In this document: positions 31,996-37,308 of the stretch, one piece after another
Layout of the letters: every line of letters starts with the position of its first letter
How positions within the stretch are numbered: position 1 is the stretch's first letter
Source of the DNA: Bacillota bacterium
GTDB taxonomy: Bacteria; Bacillota; Clostridia; Acetivibrionales; DTU013
NCBI GenBank assembly: GCA_023415815.1
Contig: JAEZJL010000160.1
Coordinates: 1-37,308, forward strand
Reading direction: 5' to 3'
Length of the DNA: 37,308 bases
Translations under genes and position numbers: made by a program
Notes under the pieces: generated by a model
Told to the model about the DNA's origin: nothing
Databases searched by the model: none
The model's input: the letters and a program-made list of their open reading frames with translations, nothing else

Positions 31996-32709
31996 ATGAA
32001 ACAGAAGATTCTTGTTGTGGATGACGAGGCGGCGATTTGCGATTTGCTTAAGATAGGCCTGGAGGCCGAGGGCTATGATGTTGCGGCGGCAAACGACGGG
32101 AGGGAGGCGCTGCTGAAGCTGGCGTCCTGGAAGCCGGACCTTCTGATCTTGGACCTTATGCTGCCCGGTTTGAATGGCTTCGACATATGTAAAAGGGTCA
32201 CTGCCGAAAATCCGATACCTATCATCATGCTGACCGCAAAAGCCGATTTAATAGACAAGGTGCTCGGTCTTGAGCTGGGAGCGGACGATTACGTCACAAA
32301 GCCGTTCCACATGCGCGAGCTGGCGGCCAGGGTCAAGGCATTGCTGAGGAGAGTCGGGGCGGAAGCCAGGACAGCTGTGCCCGGCAAACTGAAAAACGGA
32401 AGGCTCGAGCTCATTCCCGAAACCCGCAGAGTCATGCTTGACGGCGCCGAGCTTGAGCTGTCCGTCAAGGAATACGATCTGCTTTTCTTCTTTATCAATA
32501 ATATAGACCGGGTTTTTACCAGGGAGGCTCTGCTCGAAAGAGTCTGGGGCTATGATTTCACAGGCGATACGAGGACCGTCGACGTCCACATCCAGAGGCT
32601 GCGAAGCAAGCTGAAGGGCGGCGCGTACGACGGTTCATGCATACATACCGTTTTTGGCGTGGGCTACAGGATGATGAAACTTGAAGAAAGCGAGGGACCT
32701 GCTTCATGA
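31996..32709 (+). CDS. OmpR-family response regulator
   Basis: ATG 31996 lies 5 nt after GAAGGAGG. Motifs: ILVVDDE, LLILDLMLPGLNG, PIIMLTAK, GADDYVTKPF and the winged-helix region TRTVDVHIQRLRSKL. Confidence 0.9.
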   Translation: MKQKILVVDDEAAICDLLKIGLEAEGYDVAAANDGREALLKLASWKPDLLILDLMLPGLNGFDICKRVTAENPIPIIMLTAKADLIDKVLGLELGADDYVTKPFHMRELAARVKALLRRVGAEARTAVPGKLKNGRLELIPETRRVMLDGAELELSVKEYDLLFFFINNIDRVFTREALLERVWGYDFTGDTRTVDVHIQRLRSKLKGGAYDGSCIHTVFGVGYRMMKLEESEGPAS

Positions 32710-33506
32710 TGATTTCAAACGCGTTCAGACTGCTAAAGAGGAATCCGGTGCTGATATTTCTTTTCCTGCTTTATATGCTGATACTGGACACCGCGGCGTT
32801 TTTTCTGATGCCGCACCGGATGGACCAGACGGATACATTGGCCCTTCTTATTACGACCGCCGCGCTGATGCTTTTTTCACTTATTTCCGGCGTTACCGGC
32901 CTCGTATTCTTTTCCGGGTACGGACATATGCTGGCGGAAGCCGTTACTAAGGGTACTACATCGCTCAGGAGCTTCCCGGCGGGCATCGCCAGATTTTTTT
33001 CCAGGCTTTTTCTGGCCTTCCTATTGTTGATTGCCATTGCTATCGGCTTTTCCATCGTCATTGTAACAGCTTTGATCCCGGTTTCTTTACTGATGACGAT
33101 GGGCGGGCTGGCCGGGGCGTCCGCCGCAGGCATTGTCACCACCTCCGTAGTGAGCGGTTTGGTGATTTTAAGCATCCCTTTCATAATGCCATGGATCCCC
33201 GCCCTTTTTATAGACGGGGCCGGAGTCATTGACAGCCTGAAGGCCGGACTGAGGGCGGGGGCCAGGAATTACGGCGCGCTGCTGCTTTGGACGGTCATTC
33301 TTTACGCTCCGTCACTGATTTATACGCTGTTCAACCTGTCCTCCATGAATCAGGGTGAGCTCTTCACACCCGGGTATTTTGCGGTGACCCTCCTGACCTC
33401 CGTTTTATCACTGATTTTTACTCCTGCGCTCTTCGAGCTTTACAATAAAAAAAGGCGGCCTGCGCCTCTGCCCGATCCGGGCGATCCAGGGGCAGGACGC
33501 CCATGA
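32706..33506 (+). CDS. Polytopic membrane protein of unknown function, embedded in the two-component operon
   Basis: It has six or more hydrophobic spans and ATGA overlaps with both neighbours. No family is recognised with confidence. Confidence 0.65.
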   Translation: MMISNAFRLLKRNPVLIFLFLLYMLILDTAAFFLMPHRMDQTDTLALLITTAALMLFSLISGVTGLVFFSGYGHMLAEAVTKGTTSLRSFPAGIARFFSRLFLAFLLLIAIAIGFSIVIVTALIPVSLLMTMGGLAGASAAGIVTTSVVSGLVILSIPFIMPWIPALFIDGAGVIDSLKAGLRAGARNYGALLLWTVILYAPSLIYTLFNLSSMNQGELFTPGYFAVTLLTSVLSLIFTPALFELYNKKRRPAPLPDPGDPGAGRP

Positions 33507-35236
33507 AGCTCGGTCTGAGGCATAAGATCATATTTACAAACCTGACCGTGCTGATATTGACCTTTTCTGTGATTTCCGTCGTGGTGCTCGGCGGTATCGG
33601 CGCTCTCAACACCGGCATGCTTATAAACAATCTCATTCACCAGGCCGATATTTCCGTTATATCCATAAGGCAGGGCCTTTTTACCGGGGGCTCCTCCGGC
33701 AGCTGGACAGACGAGTTCAAGACCCGGGCCGCGGACTTTTCTCTCAGGCTGGCTGGCGAGACGGGCATGCGCGTGCTCATATTCTCGCATGAAAAAGAGC
33801 TCCTGTCGGATTCTGCGAACGAACCGGCGGATACCATAACTTATGCAGAGCTTGACGAAGTCCTGAACGGAAACAGAACCTATGTAATCAGACAATTCCC
33901 CGAGGGAAGAAAGCTGTTCTTTTCTTTTCCCGTCGTCCAGGACGGAAACGCCATAGGCGAAGTCATGTTTGTATATCCCATGTCCGAAATCGACGAGGGG
34001 ACGCGCAATATCAGCCTTCTCCTTCTTTCGTCCTTTGCGGCGGGCCTGCTGATCATCCTGGCGGTGGGCGCATATCTTTCCTTCAGGATAACCAGGCCCG
34101 TACTGAAGCTCAAGGAAGCGGCCAGAGAGCTGGCTGCGGGAAACTATGAAGCCGTCATTCCCGTCGCCTCTTCGGATGAGGTAGGCGAGCTTGCCGGAGC
34201 CTTCAACGATATGTCGAAAAAAATCGGAAGTACCGTTGAGGCCATACGGGAGGAAAAGGAGAAGCTGAATTCAGTCCTCGAAAGCATGGGAGAGGGAGTG
34301 ATCGCACTTGACGGCGTGGATCGCACAATCGCGATAAATAAAGCTGCCGAGGCAGTCCTTGACGATGAAGTCGGCCGGGAGCTCGGCAAGATAACCGCAA
34401 GAGTGAGGGAAAGCCGCTCAAAGGTGATAGAGGAAATCGGCGGCAGTGAGAAGTATTTGCTGGTGTGCGCCACTCCGATGGCCCTGGGTACAGGCTCCGT
34501 GGGTATAGTCATGATATTGAACGACATAACGGAGCTCCGCAGGCTTCAGGAAAAGCAGCGCCTCTTTATGACAAATATCTCCCACGAGCTCAAGACGCCG
34601 CTTACTACAATCATCGGGTACACGGGCCTGCTTGAGGAAAACGGCGCGGATTCCGGTGTCTTCAGCACTTCGGTCCATCACCTGAGGGACGCCAGCGACC
34701 GCCTTCTCCGCATGATAAACGACCTTATCGACCTCTCCAGCCTCAGCAGATCGGAATTTGGTATCGAACCCAGAAGCGTCGACATATCGGCCCTTGTAAG
34801 GGACATAACCGCCCAGATGAGTCTTAAGGCCCGGAAATACAATATTGCCATCCACACGGACATCCCCTCGCTTCCGGAGATCATAGCCGATCCTATCCGC
34901 ATCAAGCAGGTGGTTGTCAATATACTGGACAACTCCATAAAATATTCCCCAAACGGGGAGGTCAGGGTTTCCCTACGGCAGGAGGAGGGCGCAGTCTGTC
35001 TGGAAATCGCGGACACAGGCTGCGGTATCCCGCCCGAGGTGCTGGACAGGATTTTCGAGCCCTTCTTCCGCGTGGATAAGGCCCGCTCCAGAAACCTCGG
35101 GGGGAACGGCCTTGGACTTTCGATCGTGAAGGAAATCGTGGAGAAGCACGGCGGAAAAATAGAAATTGAGAGCGCGGAAGGCGAGGGCACCGCCGTACGG
35201 ATAAGGCTTTACCCGCAGGGAGGCAGGCTATGCTGA
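33503..35236 (+). CDS. Sensor histidine kinase (two TM segments, extracytoplasmic loop, HAMP, HisKA, HATPase_c)
   Basis: H-box ISHELKTPLT, N-box NILDNSIKYS, G1 DTGCGIP, G2 GGNGLGLSIVK, and HAMP with PVLKLKEAARELAAGNYE. Confidence 0.9.
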   Translation: MKLGLRHKIIFTNLTVLILTFSVISVVVLGGIGALNTGMLINNLIHQADISVISIRQGLFTGGSSGSWTDEFKTRAADFSLRLAGETGMRVLIFSHEKELLSDSANEPADTITYAELDEVLNGNRTYVIRQFPEGRKLFFSFPVVQDGNAIGEVMFVYPMSEIDEGTRNISLLLLSSFAAGLLIILAVGAYLSFRITRPVLKLKEAARELAAGNYEAVIPVASSDEVGELAGAFNDMSKKIGSTVEAIREEKEKLNSVLESMGEGVIALDGVDRTIAINKAAEAVLDDEVGRELGKITARVRESRSKVIEEIGGSEKYLLVCATPMALGTGSVGIVMILNDITELRRLQEKQRLFMTNISHELKTPLTTIIGYTGLLEENGADSGVFSTSVHHLRDASDRLLRMINDLIDLSSLSRSEFGIEPRSVDISALVRDITAQMSLKARKYNIAIHTDIPSLPEIIADPIRIKQVVVNILDNSIKYSPNGEVRVSLRQEEGAVCLEIADTGCGIPPEVLDRIFEPFFRVDKARSRNLGGNGLGLSIVKEIVEKHGGKIEIESAEGEGTAVRIRLYPQGGRLC

Positions 35237-36450
35237 TAAAGAAGGCGCTGCCGCTTTTTATTCTGCTTATCCTGCTGGTATCCGGCTGCGGCCGGTCCGG
35301 TGAAGAGATAAACATACTGGAAGGCCCCGGCTCAGCCAACAGCAGCAGGCTGATAGGCTTCAGCAGGCTTTGCTCCGGTACGGCGGAAGCCTTCGTAAAC
35401 GGAGCGTCAATGCTCGTCAGTGAAGAGACCGGTGACGGCTGGAATTTGTTCAACGCCGATCTTGTCTCGGGCAACACGACCCGGCTATTGAGCCTGCCTT
35501 CGGAAAGCAGTCACGCCGTCGAGCTTTCCGCCAACGGGAAAATGCTCCTGTGCGGCAGCACCCTGTACGATCTGCAGGACGGCAGCCAAAAAAGCCTTCC
35601 CGGAGCCGTCTATGCCGGAAGGTCCATGCCGGACGAGGCGTCTGCGCTTACCCCGTTTTCATTTGCGGGCGGCAATGAGCTGCTTTTTACGGAGCCCTAT
35701 TTCTATATCAGAAAGTATAGCCTTCCGGGGCAAAAAACCACTACCAGGCTTACAGCGATTGCTTTGATAAAGCTTGAAGATAAAAGCAGCCCGGCTCCCT
35801 TCAACGGTTTTTCAGGACTTATAATGCCGCAGCTGGACTATATAAAAGCTCCCCGGCTTCTGCCGGGCGACCTGAAATATGTGTTTATAGGCATAAGGCC
35901 CGATTCCAAAGAAACGCCGCTTTACGTGCTGGACCTTTTTGAGAAGAAATTCACGCTTCTCGATGAAAATGTCAGGAGCTTTACTCTGGCTCCCGACGGC
36001 AGGTCCCTGGCTTATATCGCGGTAAATGAAGGGCAGGACGACAGGCTGATGGCCTCCGACACCTCAGGCAGCTTCAGGAAGGAGCTTCTGAGTCTCGAAT
36101 ACCTCTCCGGAATCGAATGGTCGCCCAAGGGCGGCTGGATCGCCTGGTCGGGAGGCAGGGAAAACAGGTGCGACGCGGGAATAATCAAAGCGGACGGGAC
36201 CTCCAGCGAGCAGCTGACAAATGCGATGTATACAGGCCCTCGCCTGGCATGGTCGGCGGCAGGCGATAAGCTTGCCTTCACATCCCGGGCTGCCGGAAAA
36301 AGTCCTGAAACCTATGTCGCAACACTGGCCGGCACAGATCAGCCGGAGTCCTACGGATATAAATATTCCGATCCCGCGAGAGAGGTCATGTCGGCCCAGC
36401 TTATGAACCTGCTCAGAAAGGAAACCGCTTTTGCCCTTAAATCAAAATGA
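35230..36450 (+). CDS. Lipoprotein with TolB-like (PD40/WD40-like) beta-propeller repeats
   Basis: Lipobox LLVSGC. Repeated motifs: LAPDGRSLAYIA, WSPKGGWIAWSG, WSAAGDKLAFTS. The start overlaps the HK stop. Confidence 0.7.
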   Translation: MLIKKALPLFILLILLVSGCGRSGEEINILEGPGSANSSRLIGFSRLCSGTAEAFVNGASMLVSEETGDGWNLFNADLVSGNTTRLLSLPSESSHAVELSANGKMLLCGSTLYDLQDGSQKSLPGAVYAGRSMPDEASALTPFSFAGGNELLFTEPYFYIRKYSLPGQKTTTRLTAIALIKLEDKSSPAPFNGFSGLIMPQLDYIKAPRLLPGDLKYVFIGIRPDSKETPLYVLDLFEKKFTLLDENVRSFTLAPDGRSLAYIAVNEGQDDRLMASDTSGSFRKELLSLEYLSGIEWSPKGGWIAWSGGRENRCDAGIIKADGTSSEQLTNAMYTGPRLAWSAAGDKLAFTSRAAGKSPETYVATLAGTDQPESYGYKYSDPAREVMSAQLMNLLRKETAFALKSK

Positions 36451-36638
36451 GCTGGATATTGTATAGCGTAAAAAAAGATCCAGATCAATAAGTTAAGCAT
36501 TTATATTGCATTGCGGCTTTTTTGCAAAATTCAATTACTCCTATCCAAAAGCATTTTATTATTCGCTATAATATAAACCCCAGCTCCGTCCGATATATAG
36601 CATTATTACAAATTTATGCCGTATATGGGAGTTTCTTA

Positions 36639-37160
36639 ATGATCATAAGCTATATTGAGCTGGCATTGCTGATATCCGCCGCACTCGTCAGCGACTTCCG
36701 CACTTACAGGATAGACAACCGGATTATTGCGGTATTCGTGGCAGCAGGACTTGTAACAGGCCTGGCGCTGGAAGGTCCGGACGGACTGCTCTCCTCCTTC
36801 CTGGGCATGGCGCTGCCGCTGCCGCTCCTTTTCTGGCTTTATCCCGCAAGAATGCTGGGAGCCGGAGATATAAAGCTTTACTGTGCCGCGGGAGCGGTGA
36901 CGGGAATCGGCTTCATACCATGGTGCATTGCGTGGTCCTTCCTTGCCGGAGGCCTGACGGCGCTTGCCCTGATGCTGGCGAGGCGGAATTTCCGGCAGAG
37001 GTTCCGCTATCTGGGCGGTTACCTTAAGGCGTGCTTCCTTTCAGGCTCGATCCTGGAATATTCGGAGCTCTCGGACAAAAGCGACGGCGCGAAATTCCAC
37101 TTCTCCCTGGCAATAGCGCTCGGGTCCGCGGTGCAGGTGACGCTGGCGCTGTTTTTATAG
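36639..37160 (+). CDS. A24-family prepilin-peptidase-like membrane protein (CpaA type)
   Basis: ORF 36522..37160. ATG 36639 follows GGGAG. It has two Asp motifs (SDFRTYRIDN and GAGDIKL) and multiple TM spans. Confidence 0.65.
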   Translation: MIISYIELALLISAALVSDFRTYRIDNRIIAVFVAAGLVTGLALEGPDGLLSSFLGMALPLPLLFWLYPARMLGAGDIKLYCAAGAVTGIGFIPWCIAWSFLAGGLTALALMLARRNFRQRFRYLGGYLKACFLSGSILEYSELSDKSDGAKFHFSLAIALGSAVQVTLALFL

Positions 37161-37308
37161 CTTTTTGTTTACGATAATCTGATTTCTTCCGTTTTTGAAG
37201 GATTTCCTTACATCAAAGCCCTTCATGATAAGCGTGTCGTATATCTCGTCGGTCTGATGGAAGTAGTTGTTGCCGATATCAAGCACCAGGGTTTCCCCGG
37301 GCTTGAGC
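37155..37308 (-). CDS. 3' end of an unidentified gene entering from beyond the window end
   Basis: The minus-strand open frame reads ...LKPGETLVLDIGNNYFHQTDEIYDTLIMKGFDVRKSFKNGRNQIIVNKKL*. It is convergent with the peptidase gene and overlaps its end by 6 nt. It is too short for the ORF track. Confidence 0.3.
   Translation of the reverse strand, partial: LKPGETLVLDIGNNYFHQTDEIYDTLIMKGFDVRKSFKNGRNQIIVNKKL

Overview
This is a chromosomal window from a spore-forming, flagellated, S-layer-bearing Firmicute that looks Clostridia-like. By eye it is moderately GC-rich, with GGAGG-type ribosome-binding sites and frequent TTG/GTG starts.

The backbone is a conserved sporulation and cell-envelope cluster on the minus strand:
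- ywmB-like, murA, spoIID, spoIIQ-like M23 peptidase and spoIIID
- mreB/mbl and two flagellar rod genes
- a FlgJ-type rod-binding protein and a phosphodiester glycosidase

Other content:
- a truncated rho 5' end, a Cys-rich protein and a nitroreductase-like protein
- a membrane-anchored MutS-domain-V ATPase
- a PepSY/SLH surface protein, rhaD and a YkgJ-type Cys-cluster protein
- a module made of a degenerate ABC-NBD::LytTR fusion, a small membrane-anchored protein, a canonical NBD and an ABC-2 permease
- two giant FN3/SLH surface proteins (1304 and 1660 aa)
- a four-gene OmpR/HK operon, and an A24 prepilin-peptidase-like gene

I saw no rRNA, tRNA, CRISPR/cas, transposase, integrase or phage genes.

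The structure that the genes do not explain is all in repeats:
1. An interspersed ~62-65 bp minisatellite family occurs at three loci. Each array starts with the same ~50-nt head, and two of the heads sit directly behind a TGnTATAAT box. Each array points into the next gene. Two arrays form inverted arms around the 9-kb giant-gene pair.
2. A ~0.8-1.0 kb composite inverted repeat begins exactly at the stop codons of the MutS-like gene and murA. The pair brackets 14.3 kb of housekeeping genes.
3. A ~230-bp strongly palindromic element is present in four copies inside those repeats.

All functional readings of these repeats are hypotheses. The repeats themselves are read directly from the sequence.
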